A stretch of DNA of 64,000 nucleotides from an uncultured Clostridium sp. (GTDB lineage: Bacteria; Bacillota; Clostridia; TANB77; CAG-508): positions 18,728-82,727 of the forward strand of contig USHY01000001.1 in assembly GCA_900554635.1 (NCBI GenBank), given 5' to 3'. Numbering within the stretch: position 1 is the stretch's first letter; each line of letters starts with the position of its first letter. Shown one piece after another: positions 21,216-32,535 of this stretch. Below the pieces are notes generated by a model. The model made no database searches and had not been told where the DNA came from. It saw only the letters and a program-made list of their open reading frames with translations. A program made the translations under genes and the position numbers.

Positions 21216-22332
21216 ATGTGGGGAGATATTTCCGTAGCATTTCTTTTAGCATTTATATCTGCTTATGTTATTACACCATATACAATAAGATTTGCAAGAA
21301 AAATTGGAGCTTTAGATATTCCCAAGGAGACAAGAAAAATACATAAAAAGCCGATGCCTAGACTTGGTGGTTTAGCTGTTATAATAGGTTTTACCATTTC
21401 AGTTATTTACTTATTAACAGTTATGTCTATTGAAAAAACCATTAATCTATTTGGTGAAGATGCTTATTATTTTAAGCTTATTGGATATTTTCTTGGAATG
21501 AGTATTTTAAGTGCCTTTTGCTTTATTGATGACTTAAAAGGAATTCACCCTTTAGTTAAACTATCTGGGCAATTAATCGCTGCAATAGTTGTAACCCTTT
21601 GTGGTATTCAAATTGATACTATTACTGTTCCTTTCCTTAATACTTTTGTTGCAGAGGATATGGTTGCAAAGGTTATAACTGTTATATGGATTGTTGGTAT
21701 AACAAATGCAATTAATTTAATTGATGGTTTAGACCGGTTTATCAAGTGGTGTTTCTCTTATCTCTTGTTTATCTTTAGTAATAATATTTGCACTTAATGA
21801 TTCTCCACTAATTGCTATATTGCTTGTTACAGCCCTTGCAGGTAGCATACTTGGATTTTTACCTTACAACTTTAATCCTGCAAAAACTTTTCTTGGAGAT
21901 ACTGGTTCAAACTTTTTAGGTTATACCTTATCAATCATCTCCATTATGGGTATGGCTAAAACATATACAGCAATTGTTCTTGTAGCACCCTTACTTGTTT
22001 TTGCTCTTCCTCTTTTAGATACTACACTTGCAATTTTTAGAAGAATGATAAAAACAAAATCTATCAAAGGAGTATTCAAAGCAGACAAGGAGCATTTACA
22101 CCATAAATTAATGAAACATGGTTATTCACAAAAACAAGCAGTTTTAATTTTATATGGTCTTAGTGCTACATTTGGAATTTTCGCTATAATTTTATTAGAT
22201 AGTGGAATTTGGAAAGCTTTATCTTTTGCATTAATGGTTGTGGCCATTGTAGCAATAGGTTATAAGGATATACTAAGAATTAGAAATGATAATGATGATA
22301 ATTTAAAAAATCAAAAAGATAAGCAGAACTAA
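21216..22332 (+). pseudogene. tagO: UDP-GlcNAc:undecaprenyl-phosphate GlcNAc-1-phosphate transferase (TagO/WecA family), split by +1 frameshift
   Basis: MWGDISVAFLLAFI...NAINLIDGLD then RFIKW...*. Deleting one C in agacCggttt (21734-21735) restores IDGLDGLSSGVSLISCLSLVIIFALNDSPLIAILLVTALAGSILGFLPYNFNPAK, which is ORF 21820-22332. The ORF-track N-terminal extension 21150-21215 is non-coding. Confidence 0.8.
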
Positions 22333-22346
22333 TATGTTCTGCTTAA
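22321..22346. terminator. Bidirectional terminator between convergent tagO and GT2 gene
   Basis: AAGCAGAAC-TAATAT-GTTCTGCTT. The tagO TAA stop lies in the loop. Confidence 0.55.
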
Positions 22347-22348
22347 TT

Positions 22349-23284
22349 TTATTTAATATTAATTGTTTTATCTATTACATATTGTGGTCTATTTTTTGTT
22401 TCATCATATATTCTTCCTATGTATTCTGAAAGTACCCAAATGGATAATAATTGTACTCCTGCAAAAAATGTTATTGAAACCATTATTGATGTCCAGCCTG
22501 GTGCTAAATTATTCCATTCAAATGCAAATGAAAGAATTGAGTATATTAGAATTATAAATGATATAATTATTGAGATAATTCCTAATCCTCCTAGAATTTT
22601 TAATGGTTTTGTTGAAAAGCCTATAATTCCATCTGCTGCTAGTTTAAGCATCTTTTTTAGAGGATATTTTGTTTTTCCTGCAAACCTTTCTTTTCTTTCA
22701 TATTCAAAAGCATATTGTTTATATCCAACCCAGCTAAATAATCCTCTTAAAAATTTATTGTGCTCTGGTAGAGAATTTATTGTGTCTACAACTTTTCTAT
22801 CTACTAATCTAAAATCTCCTGTATTTTTTGGAATTTCTACATCAGATAGTGCATTTAGTGTTTGATAAAACATCTTGGCAGTAAACAGCTTAAATGCAGA
22901 TTCTCCTTCTCTTGTTTTCCTTTGTCCATATATTACTTCATTTCCCTCTTCCCATAACTTTAACATCTCTGGTAATAATTCTGGTGGGTCTTGAAGGTCT
23001 GCATCTATTATTAATATTGCATCACCTGTAACATATTTTAGTCCTGCTGTTACTGCTGCTTGGTGTCCAAAATTTCTTGCAAATGAAATTACTTTAACAT
23101 TTTTGTTTTCACTTGCTATATTGCTTAGTATTTCTAATGTTTTATCTTTGCTACCATCATTTACAAATATAATTTCATTTTCATAATTTTCAAGATTAGA
23201 TAATACACCTTCTAGTCTTTTATAACATTCAAGTGCAACTTCCTCCTCATAATACATTGGTACTACTACTGATATTTTCTTCAT
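22349..23284 (-). CDS. GT2 polyprenyl-phosphate glycosyltransferase (GtrB/CsbB-like) with C-terminal TM helices
   Basis: MKKISVVVPMYYEE...VNDGSKD...DADLQDPP. RBS GTGAGGG. Start ATG 23284, inside ORF 22349-23296. Confidence 0.8.
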   Translation of the reverse strand: MKKISVVVPMYYEEEVALECYKRLEGVLSNLENYENEIIFVNDGSKDKTLEILSNIASENKNVKVISFARNFGHQAAVTAGLKYVTGDAILIIDADLQDPPELLPEMLKLWEEGNEVIYGQRKTREGESAFKLFTAKMFYQTLNALSDVEIPKNTGDFRLVDRKVVDTINSLPEHNKFLRGLFSWVGYKQYAFEYERKERFAGKTKYPLKKMLKLAADGIIGFSTKPLKILGGLGIISIIISFIILIYSILSFAFEWNNLAPGWTSIMVSITFFAGVQLLSIWVLSEYIGRIYDETKNRPQYVIDKTINIK

Positions 23285-24851
23285 TTTTTCCCTCACTTTC
23301 TGGTATTATTTTTTTCATTTCATAATAATCTGACCCTAGTATAAATCTATTATACCATACTGAATTTTTACTAATTTCACTGCAAAAATTATCAAGACCT
23401 AAGCTTTCTGCAAGTGTTGGTACTCCTGAATAAAGATTTGTACCTAATCCCAAACGTTCTCCTTCTATTTTAACTCCTAAGCTTGCAAGTATTGTTGGGT
23501 ACATATCCATTGTTGTAAAAGTTCTGTTTTTGTTATTTGTAGCTTGTGGAATTCCATTTATTATACAGTTATAAATTGTTCTTGTATAATTTGCATCTTT
23601 TATTTTTTCTTCATAAAATTCTGCTTGCATTCCTAGGTGATCTCCTAGTATTACTATTGTTGTGTTTTCATAAAACTCTTGTGTTTTTGCCCAATTTATA
23701 AATTCATTTATTGATTTTGAAGAATATGCATATACATTTTCGTATTGTGAATCATATTTTAATTCTACATTTGGGCTTAGATATCCATCTGGGAAATGTG
23801 TATCTGCTGTAACCATTACATAATTGAAAGGTTGTCCTTGTGAGTATAGATTTGTTATTTCTTCTTTTGACCATTCAAATAATTTGTCATCTTCAAATCC
23901 CCACCAAGTTATATCATTAACTTCCATTTTACCTTGTTCTATCGCATATGTTACATCAAATATTTTGTAACCACCATTTGTTTCTAAGTATTGCCTTCTT
24001 CCACCAAATGTGGCATCAGAGCCTAGCATTATTTCCAAATTATATCCTTGCTCTCCTAATACCTCGCCTAAAGCGTATGTACCTTCTAAGTATTTACCAT
24101 TACCTGTATATGTATTTTTATTTATTAATATGTCACCTGTTTTTAATGGAATTCACGAAGTCATTGCAACTATTCCTGCAACAGAATAATTTGTTCCATA
24201 TGTTTGGTGTGCTCCACCTAAGAAATCTGTATTTGAAAAATTCACATTTTCAATAGCTAATTCTTCAAGCTCAGGAATTATCGAATTTTCCCACATTCCA
24301 CCATTATCTTTACTTAGTAAAGTATTCTCCATACTTTCTGATACTATTAGAATTAAGTTTCGTTTTTGCTCTGGAAATGTTATGTTTATGTTTTTTCCAT
24401 CAACATAATAATCTTCAAAAATTTTTGTTGATAAGATTTTATTTTTTAGGTATATATTAATTTTCAAACAAAATACTGCTACTATTAATGCAACAAGTGT
24501 AACTACTATTAGATATTTTTTTCTATGATATGCCGTTATTTTTATTGGAAAAATTTGAATTTTTTTGTCTTTTCCTTTAAATTTGTATGTACAATATCTT
24601 TTAATTTCAACATCTCGTATTGTAAAGATATATAAGAGCATGCTTAGTACTCCAACAGGCACTATACATACTGCAATTACACTGTTTATTACTGTTGGAG
24701 CTGCTGTTTCTACTCCATTTAGTGCATAATATAATACCTGGTCAAAGTCTTGTTCTGGATATTCTTTGGCATAGTAAATTGAACCTATAATAATTACTGA
24801 AGCTAATAGTAATATAAGAAATGTCAGAACATTTTTTATTTTTTTCTCCAT
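23247..24851 (-). pseudogene. LtaS-type (sulfatase-fold) polyglycerolphosphate/phosphoglycerol transferase, interrupted by in-frame TGA
   Basis: ORF 24153-24851 (5 TM plus start of sulfatase domain, ...SVAGIVAMTS*) and ORF 23247-24038 are in the same frame (813 nt apart). Intervening codons are open (IPLKTGDILINKNTYTGNGKYLEGTYALGEVLGEQGYNLEI). TGA at 24153-24155 sits where TS-G-IPL would be expected. Confidence 0.7.
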
Positions 24852-24863
24852 CTGTTTTCCCTT

Positions 24864-25970
24864 CTAGTTATTCATATATTTTTCTATAATTGCATCTGCT
24901 ATTCTTTTACTTGCTTTTCCATCTCCATATGGGTTTGAAGCACTACTCATTTTCTCATATATTTCTACATTTGTCAATAATTCTTTTGTTAGGGTGTATA
25001 TTGTCTGCTCATTTGTTCCTGCAAGTTTTAATGTTCCTGCTTTTATTCCTTCCGGTCTCTCTGTTGTATCTCTTAGTACTAATACTGGTTTACCAAGGCT
25101 TGGTGCTTCTTCTTGTATTCCTCCACTGTCTGTTAATATTAGATATGACCTATTAATGAAATTATGAAAGTCTATTACTTCTAATGGTTCTATTAATTTA
25201 ACTTTTCTGTCATTCCCCAAAATTTCATCTGCTACCATTCTTACTTTTGGGTTAAGATGTACTGGGTATATTACTTTTACATCATCAAATTCATCTACTA
25301 TTCTCTTTATTGCTTTAAACATATGCCTCATTGGTTCTCCTAGGTTTTCTCTTCTATGTGCTGTTAATAAAATCAATCTATCATTTCCTAACCAATCGAA
25401 AATTGGATTTGTGTATTCTTTATTAACTGTTGTTTTAAGTGCATCTATTGCTGTATTTCCAGTTACATATATTGTTTCTGGCTTTTTTCCTTCTTTTAAT
25501 AGACTATTTTTGCTGTTTTCTGTTGGTGCAAAGTGCATATCTGCCATTACTCCAACCATTTGTCTATTCATCTCTTCTGGATATGGTGAATATTTGTTCC
25601 AAGTTCTAAGACCTGCTTCCACATGCCCAATATCAACTTGATTATAAAAAGCAGCTAATGCTCCTGCAAAAGTAGTTGTAGTATCTCCATGAACCAAAAC
25701 TATATCTGGATGAACTTCTCTTATTACCTCTTCTACACCCTTTAAAGCTCTTGATGTTATATCACTTAATGTTTGGCCTGGTTTCATGATATTTAAGTCA
25801 AAGTCTGGTTTGATTTCAAATGTTTCTAAAACTTGGTCAAGCATTTGCCTATGTTGTGCTGTTACACAAACTATACATTCAATTTCTTTTCTGGCTTTTA
25901 GTTCTTTTACTAATGGTGCCATTTTTATAGCTTCTGGTCTTGTTCCAAATATTGTCATAACTTTAATCAT
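24864..25970 (-). CDS. mnaA: UDP-N-acetylglucosamine 2-epimerase (non-hydrolysing)
   Basis: MIKVMTIFGTRPEAIKMAPLV...HGDTTTT...HVEAGLRT. 368 aa. Confidence 0.9.
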   Translation of the reverse strand: MIKVMTIFGTRPEAIKMAPLVKELKARKEIECIVCVTAQHRQMLDQVLETFEIKPDFDLNIMKPGQTLSDITSRALKGVEEVIREVHPDIVLVHGDTTTTFAGALAAFYNQVDIGHVEAGLRTWNKYSPYPEEMNRQMVGVMADMHFAPTENSKNSLLKEGKKPETIYVTGNTAIDALKTTVNKEYTNPIFDWLGNDRLILLTAHRRENLGEPMRHMFKAIKRIVDEFDDVKVIYPVHLNPKVRMVADEILGNDRKVKLIEPLEVIDFHNFINRSYLILTDSGGIQEEAPSLGKPVLVLRDTTERPEGIKAGTLKLAGTNEQTIYTLTKELLTNVEIYEKMSSASNPYGDGKASKRIADAIIEKYMNN

Positions 25971-26688
25971 GTTTATTCCTCTTTTCTTTGTTTATTCTCA
26001 TTAAATATTTTATGTTGCTGTTTATAAATCTTTTTATTCTTTTTGGTTCTCTTACAATTCTATATAACCATTCTAGTTTTAGCTTGATAAAAATTTGTGG
26101 TGCTCTTCTCTTTGTTCCGCTAAGTACATCAAAAGTTCCCCCAACTCCTACAAAAATTCCTTTTGAGAATTGTTTTAAATGCTCAAATATTAAGATTTCT
26201 TGCATTGGTATTCCTAAAGCAACTAATATTATATCCGGATTTAGTTTTGCAATTTTTCTAAAAGTTGATTCTTTATCTTGAACATATCCATCTGTTGTGC
26301 CCAAAATTTGAACATCTTTATATTCAGTTTTTATTCTTTGAACAAGTTTTTCTAATACTTCTGGTTTTGCTCCTAGTAAGTAGATAGTTTTTTTATGAGT
26401 ATTTGCATATTGAAGAAGTGCTGTTGATAGTTCAACTCCTGGTATAGTTTCGCAAATATTGTATCCTAACATTTTTGCACCTTTTAGTATGCCTATTCCA
26501 TCTGCTATTACTGTACTTTCGCTACTTAAATATGCTTCTTTCATTTTGGTATTTTCTTCAGCTTTCATTACTGTTTCTGGGTTTGCAGTTATTATAAACA
26601 TTTTTTTATCTTGTTTTAAATTTTCTTCTACTATTTTGTAAAATTCCTGTTTTGTGCCCTTATATATTTTATCAAAATATTCTTTCAT
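25963..26688 (-). CDS. tagA: WecB/TagA/CpsF family (GT26) N-acetylmannosaminyltransferase
   Basis: 241 aa, ...GVELSTALLQY...LLGAKPEVLEK...VGVGGTFDVLSGTKRRAP... Confidence 0.8.
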   Translation of the reverse strand: MKEYFDKIYKGTKQEFYKIVEENLKQDKKMFIITANPETVMKAEENTKMKEAYLSSESTVIADGIGILKGAKMLGYNICETIPGVELSTALLQYANTHKKTIYLLGAKPEVLEKLVQRIKTEYKDVQILGTTDGYVQDKESTFRKIAKLNPDIILVALGIPMQEILIFEHLKQFSKGIFVGVGGTFDVLSGTKRRAPQIFIKLKLEWLYRIVREPKRIKRFINSNIKYLMRINKEKRNKHD

Positions 26689-26697
26689 TTTCTACCT

Positions 26698-27408
26698 CTA
26701 TGATTTTCTTATTTTACTTCTTAAGCTTATATAATCACAATATAATCTTATGGAAAATTTATTGTTTAATTTCATTCTTAGAAACTCTCTCATTCGATTT
26801 TTAAAAGTATTATTTTTAAGCCAACTTCCTAGGAAAACATGTACTGTTAATGAGTTTTTTGATGGGTTGCAAAGCACATCATCTTTATATACTTTTATTC
26901 CCTCTGGAAGCATTTGTTCTATGTTTCCAGTTTTGCAACCATATTTTTCAATAAGTAGATTTGATACAGATATTGTGTTATTATCTTTAAAATTTCCTTC
27001 TAGTTCTAAGTTAGTATAGTAGTCTAGCATATCTTTTATTAATGGATGATGTTTTTCAGCTCCAAACACAGCAGTAAATGGATATTCTGGAGCTTCATAT
27101 CCTACAAATGCTCTGTTTTCAAGTAGTTTATCTAATTTGTCTATTACAAAAACATCTGTATCTAAATATATTCCTCCATAATTATATATGGCATATGCTC
27201 TTACATAATCACTTACAAATGCCCATTTTTTATTTTCATACATTTTTTTTACAAATTCATTAGAATTTATATTGAAATTTTCTTCATTCCATTCTATAAA
27301 CTCATAGTCTTTTAAATGTTTTTTCCATGTTTTAATACATTTTTTTATTTTGGCTGGTTTTTCTTTTTTCCCCATCCAAACATAGTGAATTATTTTAGGT
27401 ATTGACAT
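26698..27408 (-). CDS. GT32 family glycosyltransferase (DXD, HxxWxG)
   Basis: IPKIIHYVWMGKKE...YLDTDV. Confidence 0.7.
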   Translation of the reverse strand: MSIPKIIHYVWMGKKEKPAKIKKCIKTWKKHLKDYEFIEWNEENFNINSNEFVKKMYENKKWAFVSDYVRAYAIYNYGGIYLDTDVFVIDKLDKLLENRAFVGYEAPEYPFTAVFGAEKHHPLIKDMLDYYTNLELEGNFKDNNTISVSNLLIEKYGCKTGNIEQMLPEGIKVYKDDVLCNPSKNSLTVHVFLGSWLKNNTFKNRMREFLRMKLNNKFSIRLYCDYISLRSKIRKS

Positions 27409-29134
27409 TTAATCTTTTTCTCCTTTTATCTTTTATTTTTTCATATATTACTTGTAAGCCCATTCCTATTATTATAAACCTTATGAAAATTAAGGTTTGT
27501 CCATATCTTGAAAATGAGAAGGTATAACTATATACAAGTATCTGGAATATATAGTTAAATGCTAAGAATAAACATTCAAAAACTGTTTTTTTGTTAAATA
27601 ATAATACTACCCCGCAAACAATTGTAAGTACTATATCTATCATCCTTAATTTTAGTATCATTCCTATTGTGATGTTAAATAATCCTTTCCAGTAGAAAGT
27701 ATTATATATTAGGCCTAATGGTTTAAAAATTAAATATGATTTTAGCATTGAAGCTTTATCAGTATCCCACCATTTTTTCATTCTGTATTTTGCAATTAAT
27801 CCATCTTTTTCTAATAGATAGTATCTTTGTTTGTATGGTTTACTTGTCTCTTCACCACTTATATATTTTTTCATTTCATCTGACGCATTTTCTTCTACAT
27901 ATTTATCATATTCTTCTTGGTTATCCTCTGGATATCCAGAACCTTGATATGTTCCTAGCAATAATGGATTACCTGTGCCATATGTTAGTGGAATGAATTT
28001 ATCAAATGCAATGTAATTCCTTACAGTCCAAGGAATAAAAAACACGAGTAAAACTCCTGCTGCAATTAACATTTGTTTTAAAAGTTTATTTAGATCATAT
28101 TTCTTAATAATTAAATAAATGATTAAGAATAACGGATATGGCGCAATATTGGCCTTTAGTAAAATACATATCATGTAAAATATTATTATTTGATAAAAAT
28201 ATTTGTTTTCCTTTGTTCTTGCTAATTGTAAACTTGAGTATATTAAGTAAATAAATCCAAACATAAATGGAGTTTCTGTAAGGATTGTATTATCCATCCA
28301 AATAAAGTCAATACTTAGTAAAAATGCAGCTGCTATACAAGAAAACACTTTGTTTGAGTATAGTCTTGTAATTTTATATACTCCAAGTATTGAGGCTATT
28401 CCTAAAATCATCCACACAATTTTAAGTACTACAAATAATGCTTTTCCTTCTCCAAATCCATAAGATACTAGTGCAATAAAATATGTCATTCCTGGCATAA
28501 TTTGTGCTGATTTTACTCCGTGCATTATTAATTCTAGGTTGTTTTTAAAATGGATTCCGCTCTCAATATAACTTAAATCATCACTTTCTAAATTATACAT
28601 TATTCCTAAATCTGCAAGTACTATAATGTGCAAAACAAGTGAAATAAGCATTATTACACATATGCCTTTATTATTTTTTAAAAAGTCTCTAATGTTCAGC
28701 AAAATTTTTGTGAATTCTATGTGTCTATTGTTAAAGATATACCTTTTTTGAATAAAGTAATTCATTCCTAAAATAGCAACATCTACAAGGAATTTTATTA
28801 TTGTCAAATTATTTCCTAATAGTTTATATATAATTGCAACAGTTATTCCTGAGTTAAGCATTTGTATAACAACAAGAAAATAGTAACTTAACAAGACATT
28901 TATATCACTTTTCTTTTTTTTCTCACTACTAAATACTTTATTTTTATTTATCAAAAAATTGATAAAAGATGAAATTACTCTTGCTAAAATAGTTGCTATT
29001 AGAATATATGCTTCTTGAGTTTTAAATACAAAGCAAAATATTGTAAAAGCAAATAAATCTATTGCATAGCTTATTCCTGCTGAAATTATATACTTTATGA
29101 AAGTTTGATATTTATTTATAAGACTTTTAATCAT
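27395..29134 (-). CDS. GtrA-like domain fused to large GT-C-type membrane glycosyltransferase (YfhO/PMT-like)
   Basis: 579 aa. N-terminal ~130 aa is 4-TM GtrA-like. Remainder has ~10 TM helices with large loops. Confidence 0.5.
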   Translation of the reverse strand: MIKSLINKYQTFIKYIISAGISYAIDLFAFTIFCFVFKTQEAYILIATILARVISSFINFLINKNKVFSSEKKKKSDINVLLSYYFLVVIQMLNSGITVAIIYKLLGNNLTIIKFLVDVAILGMNYFIQKRYIFNNRHIEFTKILLNIRDFLKNNKGICVIMLISLVLHIIVLADLGIMYNLESDDLSYIESGIHFKNNLELIMHGVKSAQIMPGMTYFIALVSYGFGEGKALFVVLKIVWMILGIASILGVYKITRLYSNKVFSCIAAAFLLSIDFIWMDNTILTETPFMFGFIYLIYSSLQLARTKENKYFYQIIIFYMICILLKANIAPYPLFLIIYLIIKKYDLNKLLKQMLIAAGVLLVFFIPWTVRNYIAFDKFIPLTYGTGNPLLLGTYQGSGYPEDNQEEYDKYVEENASDEMKKYISGEETSKPYKQRYYLLEKDGLIAKYRMKKWWDTDKASMLKSYLIFKPLGLIYNTFYWKGLFNITIGMILKLRMIDIVLTIVCGVVLLFNKKTVFECLFLAFNYIFQILVYSYTFSFSRYGQTLIFIRFIIIGMGLQVIYEKIKDKRRKRLNVNT

Positions 29135-29843
29135 TTTTACTCTCCATCTTTATTTTAATACTTGTGGCAATTATTGCAAAAGTAACTTTAACCATGTAAT
29201 CTATGGATTTTAAGAAATTTATTGAAGATACTCCAAATTCTCTTTTATTCATTATTACAGGAACTTCTTTAACTTTTAATTTTTTCTTTAATACTCTAGT
29301 AGTTGTAACAGGCTCTGGATAATCTTTTGGATAATCTTTACTAAACATTTCGATTATTTTCTTATTACAAGCTCTAAGCCCACTTGTAGGGTCTGTTATT
29401 TTTGTTCCAGTAAAAATTTTTATTACAAAACTAATAATTTTTATCCCTATTTTCCTTGATGTTGTAGTTGTAAAACTTGCCTTTGTTTTCTCACAAAATC
29501 TGGAACCTATTACTAAATCGTTTCCATTTTCGATTTCTTTTATAAGAAATTCTAAGTATTCTTCGTTATGTTGCCCATCACCATCGAATTGAATTGCGAT
29601 ATCATAGTCATTTTCATAGGCATATTTATAGCCTGTTTGAACTGCACCGCCTATGCCTAGATTTTTTTCCAAATTTATGAATTTATATTTTTCTTGCTGT
29701 AGAATTTCTAGGGTTTTATCTGTTGAGCCATCATTTATAACTACATAGTCCATATTCTCATTTTTAACACTTAAAACTTTTTCTACTGTATTTTTAATAT
29801 TTTGTTCTTCGTTATATGCTGGTATAATTATTAATACTTTCAT
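29127..29843 (-). CDS. GT2 polyprenol-phosphate glycosyltransferase (DPM1/GtrB-like)
   Basis: Start ATG 29843 (MKVLIIIPAYNEEQNI), RBS AAGGGAG. INDGSTDKT. QFDGDGQH. Confidence 0.8.
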   Translation of the reverse strand: MKVLIIIPAYNEEQNIKNTVEKVLSVKNENMDYVVINDGSTDKTLEILQQEKYKFINLEKNLGIGGAVQTGYKYAYENDYDIAIQFDGDGQHNEEYLEFLIKEIENGNDLVIGSRFCEKTKASFTTTTSRKIGIKIISFVIKIFTGTKITDPTSGLRACNKKIIEMFSKDYPKDYPEPVTTTRVLKKKLKVKEVPVIMNKREFGVSSINFLKSIDYMVKVTFAIIATSIKIKMESKND

Positions 29844-29863
29844 AAATGTCTCCCTTGTTTTCT

Positions 29864-31045
29864 TTATTTTTTTGTAATTTTCACATATGGGTAAATACAT
29901 AGAAACTTTGCTATATCTATTGCTAATTCTCTATCTTGTTCTGTTTTTACTTCTATTGTGCTAAAACCCTTTTGCATTTCTTGAAACAAATTTAGGTAAA
30001 AATCTTCTAGATTGTTTGAAAATAATCTCTTAGTAAAACTTCTAATGTCTTTTCCATAGTAAATATTTTCATTTGCTAGATTTTGGAATTCTATTTTTCT
30101 ATCACTTTTTGTTTCATAAAACATTACTAGTGATTTTAGGAAGATGTTTTTTTCGTACTCTTTCCCATAAGTCTTTTTTATTATTTTTTTTACAATATTT
30201 CCTTTATTTTCGGTTGGCTTATTTATATATATTGGTTTATAGTAGTTAAACAGTTTTAATTTTCGTATTCCCTTTGCTCTGGTTGCTAAATATATTTTCT
30301 GTTGAAAGTTATATAATGGAATTGTATAATAGTTTAGTAAAATAGTTGCACACCTTAGTTCTCCATTTAAAACATTAAACTTTCCAATATCATTATTTAT
30401 ATAATTTTCTGTATGTATTCGATATTTTAGAATTGGGAAATTTGCATTTTTTACATTTAAAATTTTAGGTTTGCCTTGTAAATCTAGCCAAAAAGGAGTA
30501 TTCCATAGTAGATAATTATTTTTTATTTGGTTTTTATATACTGTGGCTTTCCATAAAGCAACATCCCCATATATATTTGCACCACCATTTAGCATAACTA
30601 TTGGCGGTATATAAGGTTTGTTTCTATATTTCAGTGCTTTCCAGCAGTTTGTGATTTGAGATTTTTCATCAATTATTGTCAAATCTCCAATTATTGCATC
30701 ACAATCATTTTCTTCCATTTTTTTAACTATTTTTTTGAAAAAATCATTTTCAGGTAATAAGTCATCTGAATGAAGAACAAATATATAATCTCCTGTTGCT
30801 TGTTCTAAGCCATTTAGTATAGCATTTAGCTGGTCTTTGTTTTCTTGATATATGTATTTAATTTTGTCTTCTACTTTATTTTTCTTTACAAATTCATCTA
30901 TTATCTGTTTTGTATTATCTGTTGACCCATCATCTATAATAATTTGTTCCCAGTTTTGGTATGTTTGTTTTACTAAGGAATTTAGTGTTTCTTCAAGGCT
31001 TTTAGCATCATTATATGTTGGTGTCATAACTGATATTTTGTTCAT
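29864..31045 (-). CDS. GT2 family glycosyltransferase
   Basis: MNKISVMTPTYNDAKSLEETLNSLVKQTYQNWEQIIIDDGSTD...HSDD. Confidence 0.8.
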   Translation of the reverse strand: MNKISVMTPTYNDAKSLEETLNSLVKQTYQNWEQIIIDDGSTDNTKQIIDEFVKKNKVEDKIKYIYQENKDQLNAILNGLEQATGDYIFVLHSDDLLPENDFFKKIVKKMEENDCDAIIGDLTIIDEKSQITNCWKALKYRNKPYIPPIVMLNGGANIYGDVALWKATVYKNQIKNNYLLWNTPFWLDLQGKPKILNVKNANFPILKYRIHTENYINNDIGKFNVLNGELRCATILLNYYTIPLYNFQQKIYLATRAKGIRKLKLFNYYKPIYINKPTENKGNIVKKIIKKTYGKEYEKNIFLKSLVMFYETKSDRKIEFQNLANENIYYGKDIRSFTKRLFSNNLEDFYLNLFQEMQKGFSTIEVKTEQDRELAIDIAKFLCIYPYVKITKK

Positions 31046-31046
31046 T

Positions 31047-32534
31047 TTATTCCCCCTGTTTTTTTAGTCTTTTTAAGAACTCCAATTGTTTAGTAAAGTA
31101 AAAATAGATAAATGAAATAGCTAAATTTATTATTCCTATAATTATTCCATAAACAATACACTCTAGTACACTTGTATATACTGTTTTAAATGCAAAATTA
31201 ATCCACACAATTTCCACTATTGCAAATATGAAATTGCATATACACATTATATAGTATTTTTCCGGTGTTGTTTCTAAAATTTTTTTGAAGATTACTATTG
31301 GTTTTGTTGCAAAATCAGCAGCTAATAGTGATATTATTGTTCCTATTAGAACACCTACTATTCCAAGTTTATTTACTAAAACTAATGATACAGTTAAATT
31401 TATTATTATCTCAAAAATCACAAAAATCTTTATCTCTTTGAATTTTCCTGATGATAATGTGAAAACCTTTAATGGTATTCTAATTATTTGATAGAAAAGT
31501 ATTATTGTAAATAAAATTCCAAGAACCCCTGTTGTAGCAATTTTACCTTCATACCAAACACTTATGAATTGGTTTATCATAAAGAAAAATGGTACACAAA
31601 GTATTGTTGCTAGAAAGAATATAAGCCCATTGAATTCATTAAATATTTTTAATGATTGTTCCTTATTATCTACCAGCATGTTTCCTATGCTAGATAATGT
31701 TGCTCCTGAAATTTTGTCAACTAACTGTTTTATTGCTTCAACAAAATAGTTATATGCTGAATATATAACTACAGCATCCAAGCCTATAAATTTTGATATT
31801 ATTAATATATCTATATTGTTTGTAAGTACATTTGCTAAGGTATTAACAAATAAATGCTTTACATCTTTAAGCATTGAAAAGTCGCCTTTTTGCTTCATAT
31901 CAAGCTTTGGATGTTGTTTGTTGCATAAAAATATTATTATTATATTTGCTACTACACTACATACTATCAAGCTGATTAATAGTGCAACTAGGTCTAAACC
32001 TATACTTATAAGTATTATTTCTAAAATTGCTTTTACTGTTGCTACTACCTGAAAAACCATATTAGGTATGTATTTTTTTTGTTCAGCATCAAATAAACTT
32101 CTTTGTGGTATGCTGAAATAGTATATTGCTTGGCTAATTAAGTATAGAATAAAAGTAATTTGTATATATCCATTTGTAACGCCTGCTCTATCTTTTACAA
32201 AGAAAATCACAAAGAATGATAGCACTAGCCCAATCCCTAGAATTAAGAAACCTACTATGTTAAAAATTTTCTTTGCAGCAGACATTATTTGGTTTATTTT
32301 TTCATCATCTTTATCATGAACTGGTTTATATAATCTATAAAGAAGTGCGCTTCCTATGCCTCCTTCAACTAGAACTAGGTATGCCACTATTTGACCATAT
32401 AACTGGTATAAGCCTAATTTAGTTTGCCCTAGTATATTTATAAATAACTTAATCTTTACAATTCCTAGAAGTAAAATAATTACTTGTGGAAGTGCATCTG
32501 TTATGAAGTTAATAATAGCTTTTTTTGTTCTCAT
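31047..32534 (-). CDS. wzx: Wzx-type oligosaccharide flippase (MOP family), locus B
   Basis: 495 aa, 12-14 TM helices, MRTKKAIINFITDALPQVIILLLGIVKIKLF. Confidence 0.7.
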   Translation of the reverse strand: MRTKKAIINFITDALPQVIILLLGIVKIKLFINILGQTKLGLYQLYGQIVAYLVLVEGGIGSALLYRLYKPVHDKDDEKINQIMSAAKKIFNIVGFLILGIGLVLSFFVIFFVKDRAGVTNGYIQITFILYLISQAIYYFSIPQRSLFDAEQKKYIPNMVFQVVATVKAILEIILISIGLDLVALLISLIVCSVVANIIIIFLCNKQHPKLDMKQKGDFSMLKDVKHLFVNTLANVLTNNIDILIISKFIGLDAVVIYSAYNYFVEAIKQLVDKISGATLSSIGNMLVDNKEQSLKIFNEFNGLIFFLATILCVPFFFMINQFISVWYEGKIATTGVLGILFTIILFYQIIRIPLKVFTLSSGKFKEIKIFVIFEIIINLTVSLVLVNKLGIVGVLIGTIISLLAADFATKPIVIFKKILETTPEKYYIMCICNFIFAIVEIVWINFAFKTVYTSVLECIVYGIIIGIINLAISFIYFYFTKQLEFLKRLKKQGE

Positions 32535-32535
32535 T

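Noticed and set aside
24153-24155. TGA in the LtaS-like gene as selenocysteine
   Set aside because: The position aligns with a glycine in the sulfatase-fold family. No SECIS-like hairpin was seen immediately downstream, and no sel genes are in the window.
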